Source of the DNA: an uncultured Candidatus Saccharimonadales bacterium
GTDB taxonomy: Bacteria; Patescibacteriota; Saccharimonadia; UBA4664
Direction of reading: 5' to 3'
DNA: 64,000 nt
Assembly: GCA_964609585.1 (NCBI GenBank)
Contig: CAZSRA010000004.1
Location: 27,417-91,416, forward strand
The notes beneath the pieces were generated by a model. That model did no database searches and was not told the origin of the DNA. It worked only from the letters and a program-made list of their open reading frames with translations. This document shows, one piece after another, positions 37,750 through 45,236 of the stretch (positions are counted from its first letter, which is position 1; each line of letters starts with the position of its first letter). The position numbers and the translations under genes are program-made.

Positions 37750-38380
37750 GACAACGGTTAAAGCAGAGAATTTATCAAATAATAATTTGATGATTGTGAT
37801 GCTGTTGATATCGCTTCTGGCGGTGGGCGTGTCGGTGCTTGTGGGCAAATCTTTGGTGACAACGATCGTACGCGATACAACAGTAGTGAAAAAGGAAAGC
37901 GCAGCCGATAAACAGCTTTCGTCCGATAAAGATGCGGCGCCGAAGCTGGTAGACGCATACGGGCAGCTCAATGACAAGACTAAACTTGTGGCAGACGCAT
38001 TGCCAACAGAGCCGGATTTTCCGAGCCTGATCGTGACACTTGAGAATATGGCAAAAACAGCGGGTGTGACGCTTAAAAGTGTGACACCTGCTCAAGCGGG
38101 TGCGTCGTCGGTGGATGCGTCGGCCGGGGCTACGGCCGCTGCTTCTACGGACACAAGTGTGGCGCCGACTCCTCAGAGCTATAAGTTTGGCATTAGTTTT
38201 AGTGGGACGTACGCTAGTTTGACAAAGTTTTTGACGGTTATAGAGACTTCGGCCCGGCCGATGCGGGTGCTCGATATGCAGCTCGCTGGTGGCGGAAGCG
38301 CTTTGAGCGGGCAGTTTGACGTCGAAACCTTCTATCAAGGTAAGGCTCAATTGCCCTTCGGTAAGGAGACGGTGAAATGA
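37736..38380 (+). CDS. pilO: type IV pilus assembly protein PilO-like
   Basis: single TM, coiled coil, position after pilN. Confidence 0.6.
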   Translation: MAATKTTVKAENLSNNNLMIVMLLISLLAVGVSVLVGKSLVTTIVRDTTVVKKESAADKQLSSDKDAAPKLVDAYGQLNDKTKLVADALPTEPDFPSLIVTLENMAKTAGVTLKSVTPAQAGASSVDASAGATAAASTDTSVAPTPQSYKFGISFSGTYASLTKFLTVIETSARPMRVLDMQLAGGGSALSGQFDVETFYQGKAQLPFGKETVK

Positions 38381-38631
38381 AACAAAAAGATATTATCTCT
38401 TTAGTGTTCGCAGTTGGGATTCTTTTGGTGGCCGGCTACATTGGCTATACGCAGCTTTTGCCAAAGCAGGCTACGGGTCCAACCACGGTGACCGTAGACA
38501 AGGTAGGGGTAATTCCTGATAGCTTGGACGCTTCGGGGCTTGCGGCCATTAATGATCCCACCAAGGTGGTGGATTTTAATGCGCCGGTGGATTTGTCGGG
38601 CTTGAACAATCAAGCACCGTTTGGTCCCTGA
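38377..38631 (+). CDS. small single-TM protein in pilus operon (PilP-analogue candidate)
   Basis: 84 aa, overlaps pilO stop, TM helix. Confidence 0.4.
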   Translation: MKQKDIISLVFAVGILLVAGYIGYTQLLPKQATGPTTVTVDKVGVIPDSLDASGLAAINDPTKVVDFNAPVDLSGLNNQAPFGP

Positions 38632-38653
38632 AGGAGTTTGATAATGGTTAAGT

Positions 38654-40438
38654 TTGCGAGGTCTGATGCTATCGGTTGAGAGCCAGCAGCGGATAGAAGA
38701 ACTTCTACTTGAGGGTAAACTGCTCAAGCCGGAAGATCTTGAGACGGCTAAAGTGGATGCGCTAAAGGCGTCTAAGCCGCTCATTGCCTACATTGCTGAA
38801 AAAAATTTGGTGGGCGAAGAGGATCTGACGCGGATTTCAGCGCAGGCTATGGGGGTGCCTTACGCAAATTTGAACGCGTTAACGGTACCAGATGACATTA
38901 CGAAGTTGCTCGCGAAAGAGACGGCCGAAACGTATCTGGCGGTGCCATTTGGCATGCAGCAGGGACGGTTGGCCGTGGGTATGCTCGACCCGACCAATAT
39001 CCAGGCTGTGGACTTTTTGAGCCGCAAGGTGGGACACAACATTACGGTGTATTTGGCGTCGCGGGGATCGATTGATCATGTGCTGGCGCAGTTCCATAGC
39101 GATGTGGCGGCGGATGTGGCGAGCGCGATGGATGTCGCGAGTGTGGACGATCACCCGAAGGTGGAGGCAAAGAATGCCAAGGGGCTGCAGAATTTGGTGC
39201 AGGATGCGCCGATTACGCGCGCCTTGAACGCGATTTTGGATTATGCGGCGCAGAGCCGGGCGAGTGATATTCACATTGAGCCGCGCGAGCATGAGCTGAA
39301 GATTCGTTACCGGATTGACGGTATTTTGCAGGAGACGATGACGCTACCGAAGAGCATTGAGCCGGCGCTGATTTCGCGCATTAAGATTTTGAGCAATTTG
39401 CGGATTGATGAGCACCGGATTCCGCAGGACGGGCAATTTCAGATTAGCTCGAATGGGCACGAGATTGACCTGCGTATTGCGATTTCGCCAGTGGTGTGGG
39501 GCGAGCAGGTGGTGGTGCGGCTTTTGGACAAGAGCGGGACAGTGCTGACGCTGGAGAGTCTGGGTTTTCGAGGCCGGGCGGCGCGACTGATTGATGAGGG
39601 AATTCATAAGCCGCATGGGATGACGCTTTCGACGGGGCCGACGGGTTCGGGAAAGAGTACGTCGCTGTACGCGATTGTGCAGGAACTCAAGGATGTGTCG
39701 ATCAACATTGTGACGCTGGAAGATCCGGTGGAGTACAAGATGGACGGGATTAATCAGATTCAGGTGAATAATGATGTGGGCCTGACGTTTGCGAGCGGGC
39801 TGCGGAGTATTTTGCGGCAGGATCCGAATGTGGTGCTGGTGGGGGAGATTCGCGATAAAGAGACGGCGGATCTGGCGGTGCAGGCGGCGCTGACGGGACA
39901 CGTGGTGCTTTCGACGATTCACACGAACTCGGCGGCCGGGGTGTTGCCGCGTATGCTCGACATGGGGATCGAGCCGTTTTTGATCGCGAGTACGATTAAT
40001 ACGGTGATTGGGCAGCGGCTGGTGCGAAAATTGTGCGAGAAATGCAAGGAATCATTTGAAACGAACGAGGCGCAGACAAAGTCGATTATGGCGACTTTGG
40101 GCGATGTGCTGCCGAAGACGAAGAGTGAGCTGGAACGGGTAAAGAAGGACGTGGGCTATGAGGTGGTGCCAACGGCCGACCAGAAGACGTTTACGGTGTA
40201 CAAGGCGGTGGGTTGCAAGGAGTGTGTGAAGGGGTACAAGGGGCGGATTGGTATTTATGAGGTGTTTGCCATGACGCCGGCGATGGAGAAATTGCTGCTT
40301 GAGCATTCGACGACGAGCGAGGTGCAGAATCAGGCATCGAAAGATGGCATGCTAACGATGAAGCAGGATGGGTACTTTAAGGCTTTGAATGCGCTGACGA
40401 CTTTGGAAGAGGTAGCGCGGGTGGCGGCGGACTTTTAG
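38654..40438 (+). CDS. pilB: type IV pilus assembly ATPase PilB (GspE family)
   Basis: Walker A GPTGSGKST, GspII_E N-domain, tetracysteine motif. Confidence 0.9.
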   Translation: MRGLMLSVESQQRIEELLLEGKLLKPEDLETAKVDALKASKPLIAYIAEKNLVGEEDLTRISAQAMGVPYANLNALTVPDDITKLLAKETAETYLAVPFGMQQGRLAVGMLDPTNIQAVDFLSRKVGHNITVYLASRGSIDHVLAQFHSDVAADVASAMDVASVDDHPKVEAKNAKGLQNLVQDAPITRALNAILDYAAQSRASDIHIEPREHELKIRYRIDGILQETMTLPKSIEPALISRIKILSNLRIDEHRIPQDGQFQISSNGHEIDLRIAISPVVWGEQVVVRLLDKSGTVLTLESLGFRGRAARLIDEGIHKPHGMTLSTGPTGSGKSTSLYAIVQELKDVSINIVTLEDPVEYKMDGINQIQVNNDVGLTFASGLRSILRQDPNVVLVGEIRDKETADLAVQAALTGHVVLSTIHTNSAAGVLPRMLDMGIEPFLIASTINTVIGQRLVRKLCEKCKESFETNEAQTKSIMATLGDVLPKTKSELERVKKDVGYEVVPTADQKTFTVYKAVGCKECVKGYKGRIGIYEVFAMTPAMEKLLLEHSTTSEVQNQASKDGMLTMKQDGYFKALNALTTLEEVARVAADF

Positions 40439-40461
40439 ATTGGTTTGGTTTTGGGGCTAGG

Positions 40462-40552
40462 CCTAAGGTTTCAAAACGGAGGTTTTTGAGGCTTTGAAAG
40501 CTTAGGTCTGGCCGGTCCCGCAGATGCGGGGCCGGGCGCAGACGAAGGAGGG
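40462..40552 (-). repeat. cassette 3' repeat copy 1 (~95 bp: CCTAAGGTTTCAAAAC...CTTAGG imperfect hairpin + GC hairpin + purine-rich tail abutting stop codon)
   Basis: aligned by eye with copies at 41267 and 42238. Confidence 0.7.
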
Positions 40553-41167
40553 TCAGGCGATGGCGGCGTTCGTGTACTGGCAGAAGGATCTGACGGGTCG
40601 CTGACCGTTGAGCCAGTTGAACGCATCTTGGAGCGCGCCGGGGAGCGTCGTGATGACGAGTGGAGGTACGCCTCCGCTTGCCTGGTGGAAGATCGCTGGT
40701 GTGCACACGAAGCTCGTTTGCGAGGAGTTCGGTGTGACCCCGATCATCACCAGGCCGGGGTAGTCGGGATCGGCGGTGATGACGAGAACGAGGCAGTCAT
40801 TGCGCCAGCGCTCCAGCTTGATGCTGGGACTGGCCTGCGGACTGCTGCTGCCGGGATCCTGGTAATGGAACCCGGCGTTCGATAGTGCTTGCTGGTTGTC
40901 CCAGTTCAGGATCGTGGCGCCGACGACGGCGGGCGAGGTCGATGCGGGCCTGCAGGCGGCTTTGATCTTGATGTCGCTTGCCGAGATGCTCGCGGTCGCA
41001 TCGGTTGATGTGCTTGAGCTGGGCTTGTCGCCTGCGGTGGGCGTGGTCGTAACGACCGAGGTCGAGTGCGCCGGGTGGTTGTGGGCGCTGTAAGCGGCGA
41101 CGCTGGCACCCGTGAGAGCGACAGCTGCGAGGATCACAGCGGCCAGATTGCTACGCCGAGTTCGCAT
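40553..41167 (-). CDS. secreted protein (204 aa; Sec signal, S/T-rich linker, 4-Cys C-terminal domain), paralog of 41371 ORF, ~65% GC
   Basis: ATG at 41165-41167 with SD GAAGG; signal MRTRRSNLAAVILAAVALTGASVAA. Confidence 0.5.
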   Translation of the reverse strand: MRTRRSNLAAVILAAVALTGASVAAYSAHNHPAHSTSVVTTTPTAGDKPSSSTSTDATASISASDIKIKAACRPASTSPAVVGATILNWDNQQALSNAGFHYQDPGSSSPQASPSIKLERWRNDCLVLVITADPDYPGLVMIGVTPNSSQTSFVCTPAIFHQASGGVPPLVITTLPGALQDAFNWLNGQRPVRSFCQYTNAAIA

Positions 41168-41215
41168 ACGCGAGCCTTCTTTCTTCGTCTGGGTTGTCAA
41201 AAATGGACGATTAAT

Positions 41216-41244
41216 ATTTTAGAATAAACCATTTGATTTGTCAA
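41216..41244 (-). promoter_or_regulatory. near-consensus sigma70 promoter TTGACA-N17-TAAAAT (minus strand) for cassette gene a
   Basis: reverse complement of attttagaataaaccatttgatttgtcaa. Confidence 0.55.
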
Positions 41245-41266
41245 TTTTATGATAATTAAAAACAAG

Positions 41267-41370
41267 CCTAAGATTTCAAAAAAGGAGCTTGGGTGCTCTT
41301 GAAGCCTTAGGCTTGCGCCGGTCCCCGCGCGCCGAAGGCGCGGGGACCGGCATGCAAGACGGGAAGGGAA
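41267..41370 (-). repeat. cassette 3' repeat copy 2 with perfect 14-bp GC hairpin (gccggtccccgcgc...gcgcggggaccggc)
   Basis: hairpin and flanking CCTAAG...CTTAGG arms read directly from sequence. Confidence 0.7.
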
Positions 41371-42012
41371 CTAGCTCCTGGTGCAGTCGGACCCGCCGTT
41401 GGCGAGCCAGACGTCCAGCTTGGTGAGCGCGACGTCGACGTTTGCGGCGTCCAGCGGCAGGCTCACGTTGCACATGAACCCCTCCGGCCTCTTGGTGCGC
41501 GTGGAGTCTTCGTACATGCCGATCAGGAGGATCGTCGGGTTCGCGCCGGTGGTGACCAGCATCGAGGTGCAGCCCTGCGTCTCCTTCCAGTCCTCCCAGC
41601 CATCGGTGTCCGAGCTGACGTTGTGGAAGCCGAAGCCGGCGCTCGTGAGCGGCTGAGCGGGGATCTGGCCGAGCTTCGTACCGGAGGGCGGGCTGAACTG
41701 CGTTGCGGTGGGGCAGCCGGTGACCTGGTCGATCGTGGCCTCGAGGCCCTGGGCGGTCGGGTCCAGCGTGATCGCCGACGGCGACGTGGTCGGCACGGCG
41801 GTCGAGTGGGCGGGGGACGGGGAGGCCGCGGCGTTGGCCGACTGGGACGCGGAGGCGTTGGTGGTCGGCGCCGGAGCGACGACGTTCTGGCCGCCAGCGA
41901 AGCGCGGGTTGACGTTGGGCTTCGCGCCCCTGGATCCGCTGCAGGCAGCGGTGCTGAGGGCGGTGGCCAGGAACAGGCCGATGAGGCTGGAGGCGCGCTT
42001 CGAGATTCGCAT
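41371..42012 (-). CDS. putative lipoprotein (213 aa; lipobox-like LSTAAC, S/T/P/A-rich linker, Cys-containing C-terminal domain), paralog of 40553 ORF, ~66% GC
   Basis: shared motifs with paralog (GF.(Y/F)...; LV.T(A/G).P..L(L/V)IG; F(V/M)C; WL(N/A)G); SD GAAGGGAAC. Confidence 0.5.
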   Translation of the reverse strand: MRISKRASSLIGLFLATALSTAACSGSRGAKPNVNPRFAGGQNVVAPAPTTNASASQSANAAASPSPAHSTAVPTTSPSAITLDPTAQGLEATIDQVTGCPTATQFSPPSGTKLGQIPAQPLTSAGFGFHNVSSDTDGWEDWKETQGCTSMLVTTGANPTILLIGMYEDSTRTKRPEGFMCNVSLPLDAANVDVALTKLDVWLANGGSDCTRS

Positions 42013-42104
42013 GGTGTGCGAGTTCCCTTCTTAAAGTGTCTTGCGGGGTCAAGGTAGCGATCGCTCGAGTAAATCTAGGGACTACAATGAGCAGATCGTT
42101 AACT

Positions 42105-42133
42105 ACTTTAGCATAAGTAGTATCATTTGTCAA
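42105..42133 (-). promoter_or_regulatory. near-consensus sigma70 promoter TTGACA-N17-TAAAGT (minus strand) for cassette gene b
   Basis: reverse complement of actttagcataagtagtatcatttgtcaa. Confidence 0.55.
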
Positions 42134-42237
42134 ATTTACGCAAGCTGAGTTTCGAATGGATCGCTTAGTTGAGATTCTGGAAAGGGCTTGGAGAATAATT
42201 GCGAAGTATGTACGTAGCGGACATTTGACAGGGTAGA

Positions 42238-42338
42238 CCTAAGGTTTCAAAACTCTTGGGGTCTTGGTAGGCCGTTTGAAAACTTGGGTCTAGCCGGCCC
42301 CGCATGGTACACGGGGCCGGAGGTCAGATGAAGAAAGA
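42238..42338 (-). repeat. cassette 3' repeat copy 3 (hairpin ccggccccg...cggggccgg)
   Basis: hairpin arms and flanking CCTAAG motif read directly from sequence. Confidence 0.7.
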
Positions 42339-42500
42339 TCACCTGGAGAGGGACGGCCAGTGGCCGGTCCAGAAGGCCACTCCCGCCATCATCGCCAGAA
42401 CAAAGAGCATCCCGGCGGTGAAGAGGAGTTGTGGCTGTTGCGATGCAACGAGGCCGCGCCAGAAACCGCCGATGGCGGCTTTGAGGTTCTTGTTTCGCAT
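42339..42500 (-). CDS. small membrane peptide (53 aa) MRNKNLKAAIGGFWRGLVASQQPQLLFTAGMLFVLAMMAGVAFWTGHWPSLSR
   Basis: short form chosen because consensus promoter lies inside the longer 105-aa ORF. Confidence 0.35.
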   Translation of the reverse strand: MRNKNLKAAIGGFWRGLVASQQPQLLFTAGMLFVLAMMAGVAFWTGHWPSLSR

Positions 42501-42559
42501 TGCGAGACCTTGCTTTCTGGTTTGGGTTTGAAATGCTTGGGATGAGCAGACCGTCATAT

Positions 42560-42587
42560 ACTTTAGCATAAGTAGTTTAAATGTCAA
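42560..42587 (-). promoter_or_regulatory. near-consensus sigma70 promoter TTGACA-N16-TAAAGT (minus strand) for cassette gene c
   Basis: reverse complement of actttagcataagtagtttaaatgtcaa. Confidence 0.5.
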
Positions 42588-42670
42588 GTTTGCGACAATA
42601 CATAACCAGAGAAGGCAGTGTACAACCCCATACTCCTTGTGCTTTAATGGAGTCATCTTAGAGGTGAAAT

Positions 42671-43741
42671 GTGGAGAGAAGTGCCCTCAAAATTGAATTG
42701 ATGCTGGAGCAGGTGATTAAGTTTGATGCGTCGGACTTGCACCTTCAGGTGGGTCTGCCGCCGATGTTACGGGTGGATGGTTCACTCAAGCAGATTGAGG
42801 ACACGCCGGTACTTGAGCCTGCGGACGTAGAAAAGCTGGTATTTTCGATTTTGGACGATGATCAAAAAGAGATTTTGATCAAAGACAAGGAAGTGGATTT
42901 TTCGTTTGCGTTTGGAAACTATGGGCGATTCCGGGTAAATGCGTTTCACGAGCGCGGGAATGTGGCGGCAGCGCTGCGCCTGATTCCGAGCAAGGTGCGG
43001 ACATTAGAAGAACTCCAGATGCCGAAGGTGTTGCAGGACTTTACGAAGTTTCCGCGCGGGTTGGTGCTGGTGACGGGGCCGACGGGCTCGGGTAAATCGA
43101 CGACGCTCGCGGCTATGGTGGACAAGATTAATGCTGAGCAATCGAAGCACATTTTGACGATTGAGGACCCGATTGAGTACGCGCATAGTTCGAAAAAATC
43201 GATCGTGGTGCAGCGGGAAATTCACTACGATACGTACTCGTTTGCGGCAGCTCTACGCTCGAGCTTGCGGCAAGACCCGGATGTGGTGTTGATCGGTGAG
43301 ATGCGCGATCTTGAGACGATTGCGGCGGCAGTGACGATCGCGGAGACGGGGCACTTGGTGCTGGCCACCCTGCACACGAACAGCGCGGCTCAGAGTATTG
43401 ATCGTATGATCGACGTATTTCCGCCTCACCAGCAGCAGCAGATTCGGGTGCAGCTGGCAGGTATGCTTCAGGGGATTTGTTCGCAGCGGTTGGTGCCGGG
43501 GATTGGCGGTGGCCGCGTGATAGCGGCTGAGATTTTGGTGGCGACAGGTGCGGTGCGTAACATTATTCGTGAGGGCAAGACGCATCAGCTGGACGCAGTG
43601 ATTCAGACGGGCGCGGAATACGGCATGCAGAGCATGGACCGGCAGCTGGTGGCGCTCGTGCAAGAGGGCAAGATTACCTATGATGAGGCCAAGAATTTTG
43701 CGATTGATTTGCAAGAGCTCGACCGTTTAATGCGAGGTTAG
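42671..43741 (+). CDS. pilT: twitching motility ATPase PilT
   Basis: Walker A GPTGSGKSTT, 356 aa; alternative start 42701. Confidence 0.9.
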   Translation: MERSALKIELMLEQVIKFDASDLHLQVGLPPMLRVDGSLKQIEDTPVLEPADVEKLVFSILDDDQKEILIKDKEVDFSFAFGNYGRFRVNAFHERGNVAAALRLIPSKVRTLEELQMPKVLQDFTKFPRGLVLVTGPTGSGKSTTLAAMVDKINAEQSKHILTIEDPIEYAHSSKKSIVVQREIHYDTYSFAAALRSSLRQDPDVVLIGEMRDLETIAAAVTIAETGHLVLATLHTNSAAQSIDRMIDVFPPHQQQQIRVQLAGMLQGICSQRLVPGIGGGRVIAAEILVATGAVRNIIREGKTHQLDAVIQTGAEYGMQSMDRQLVALVQEGKITYDEAKNFAIDLQELDRLMRG

Positions 43742-43880
43742 GAAGAGAAAGCATTTACATGGCACATTACTTCATCGACATTTACGCTCCGCACTCATCG
43801 TACGTTAAAGTACGCTTCGTTTGCGGTACGCATCTCTCCTTGTACTGCACTCATGTAAATGCTTCCTCGGAGGCTAAGTC

Positions 43881-45107
43881 ATGATTACGTTTGTTTATAC
43901 GGCGCATAAGACCGAGACGGGCGAGACAGTAAAAGCAGAAGTGCAGGCCGAAAATGAGCGAGCGGCGGCGAAGCTGCTGGTGGCTCAGGGGTTGTTTCCG
44001 ATTTCGATTGATCCGAAGGATGGTGCCGGGTTTTTAGCCAAATCTGGGTTTGGAACTCGGGTGGGCGCCAAGGACCGAGTGATTTTTACGCGGCAGCTGT
44101 CTACGCTGATTAATGCGGGATTGCCGTTGACGCAGTCGCTGCGGACGGTGAGTGAGCAGGTGCAAAATAAAACTTTGCACGATGTATCGGTGGCGGTGGT
44201 ATCGAGCGTGGAATCGGGGACGAGTTTGAGTCAATCGTTTGCTCAATACCCGAAGATTTTTAGTGACATTTATGTGAGCTTGGTGGCGGCGGGGGAGTCG
44301 TCGGGGTCGCTGGATAAATCTTTGGAACGGATCGCAATGCAACAGGAGAAGGATGCGGCGATCGTGGGCAAGATTCGCAGTGCGCTGATTTATCCGATTA
44401 TTGTGCTTTTGGTGATTGCGGCGGTGCTAGTGTTTATGCTTACGACGGTGTTGCCGCAGGTGGGTGGGCTGTACAAGGATTTGCATAAGCCGCTGCCGAC
44501 TTTGACGCAGATTTTGCTTGCGATTTCGAATTTTATTATGCACTTTTGGTTCATTGTGATAATCGGGTTGGTGGCTGGCGGGTTTGCGCTGAAGAATTAT
44601 ATACAAACGGAGCAAGGGCGGGCGGTAGCAGACCGAGTGAAGTTGGATGTGCCGCTATTTGGGAAGATTTATCGCAAGGTCTACATGGCGCGGTTTGCTA
44701 GGACGCTGGGGACGATGCTGCAGAGTGGTATCCCGATGCTGGAGGCGCTGCGGATTGTGAAGAATGCCATTGATAACGTGCATGTGGAAGCGGTGCTAGA
44801 GAAGAGTATGCAAGGGGTGAAGGGCGGCAAGGCGCTGTCGACGACGCTGGAGAATGAAGAAACGTTTATAAAGCTGGTGCCGCAGATGATTAAGATTGGC
44901 GAGCAGTCGGGGGCGATTGATTCTATGCTGGACCGGGTGGCGACGTACTACGAGAATGAGGTGGACGAAGAGGTGAAGAACATTTCGACGACGATTGAGC
45001 CGCTTTTGATGGTGGTGCTGGGTGTGACGGTGGGCGGTGTGATTGCGGCGATTTTGATGCCGGTGTACTCGTTGGTGGGGAACGGGTCGGTGGATAATTT
45101 GAAGTAG
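43881..45107 (+). CDS. pilC: type IV pilus platform protein PilC (GspF family)
   Basis: two T2SSF repeats, 408 aa. Confidence 0.9.
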   Translation: MITFVYTAHKTETGETVKAEVQAENERAAAKLLVAQGLFPISIDPKDGAGFLAKSGFGTRVGAKDRVIFTRQLSTLINAGLPLTQSLRTVSEQVQNKTLHDVSVAVVSSVESGTSLSQSFAQYPKIFSDIYVSLVAAGESSGSLDKSLERIAMQQEKDAAIVGKIRSALIYPIIVLLVIAAVLVFMLTTVLPQVGGLYKDLHKPLPTLTQILLAISNFIMHFWFIVIIGLVAGGFALKNYIQTEQGRAVADRVKLDVPLFGKIYRKVYMARFARTLGTMLQSGIPMLEALRIVKNAIDNVHVEAVLEKSMQGVKGGKALSTTLENEETFIKLVPQMIKIGEQSGAIDSMLDRVATYYENEVDEEVKNISTTIEPLLMVVLGVTVGGVIAAILMPVYSLVGNGSVDNLK

Positions 45108-45137
45108 GTTGGGATTGAGGGAATAATTGCGCCTTGT

Positions 45138-45236
45138 GGGCGGTTCGGGGATTGCTCCCCGAACCGCCCGGTTGGTGTGACTCGGGCCTAGGGTCCGAGT
45201 CACAGGACGGGGGTCCGGCTGAGGGTTACCAGCCGG
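45138..45236. terminator. three consecutive hairpins between convergent pilC and PD40-SGNH gene (14-bp, 9-bp, 7-bp stems)
   Basis: gggcggttcgggga ttgc tccccgaaccgccc; gtgactcgg...ccgagtcac; ccggctg...cagccgg. Confidence 0.55.

Noticed and set aside
40462-42338. Integron gene-cassette array (attC sites) interpretation of the three 100-bp repeats
   Set aside because: No integron integrase nearby. Core GTTRRRY / inverse-core RYYYAAC not present. Each cassette has its own promoter. Kept only as a loose analogy.
40462-42338. CRISPR array
   Set aside because: Only three ~100-bp repeats separated by 0.7-0.8-kb protein-coding spacers. Not a CRISPR architecture, and no cas genes are present.
42339-42656. 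Long 105-aa form of the small minus-strand ORF
   Set aside because: A near-consensus promoter (42560..42587) lies inside it, and the N-terminal half is a poor-complexity shadow. The 53-aa form starting at 42500 is preferred.
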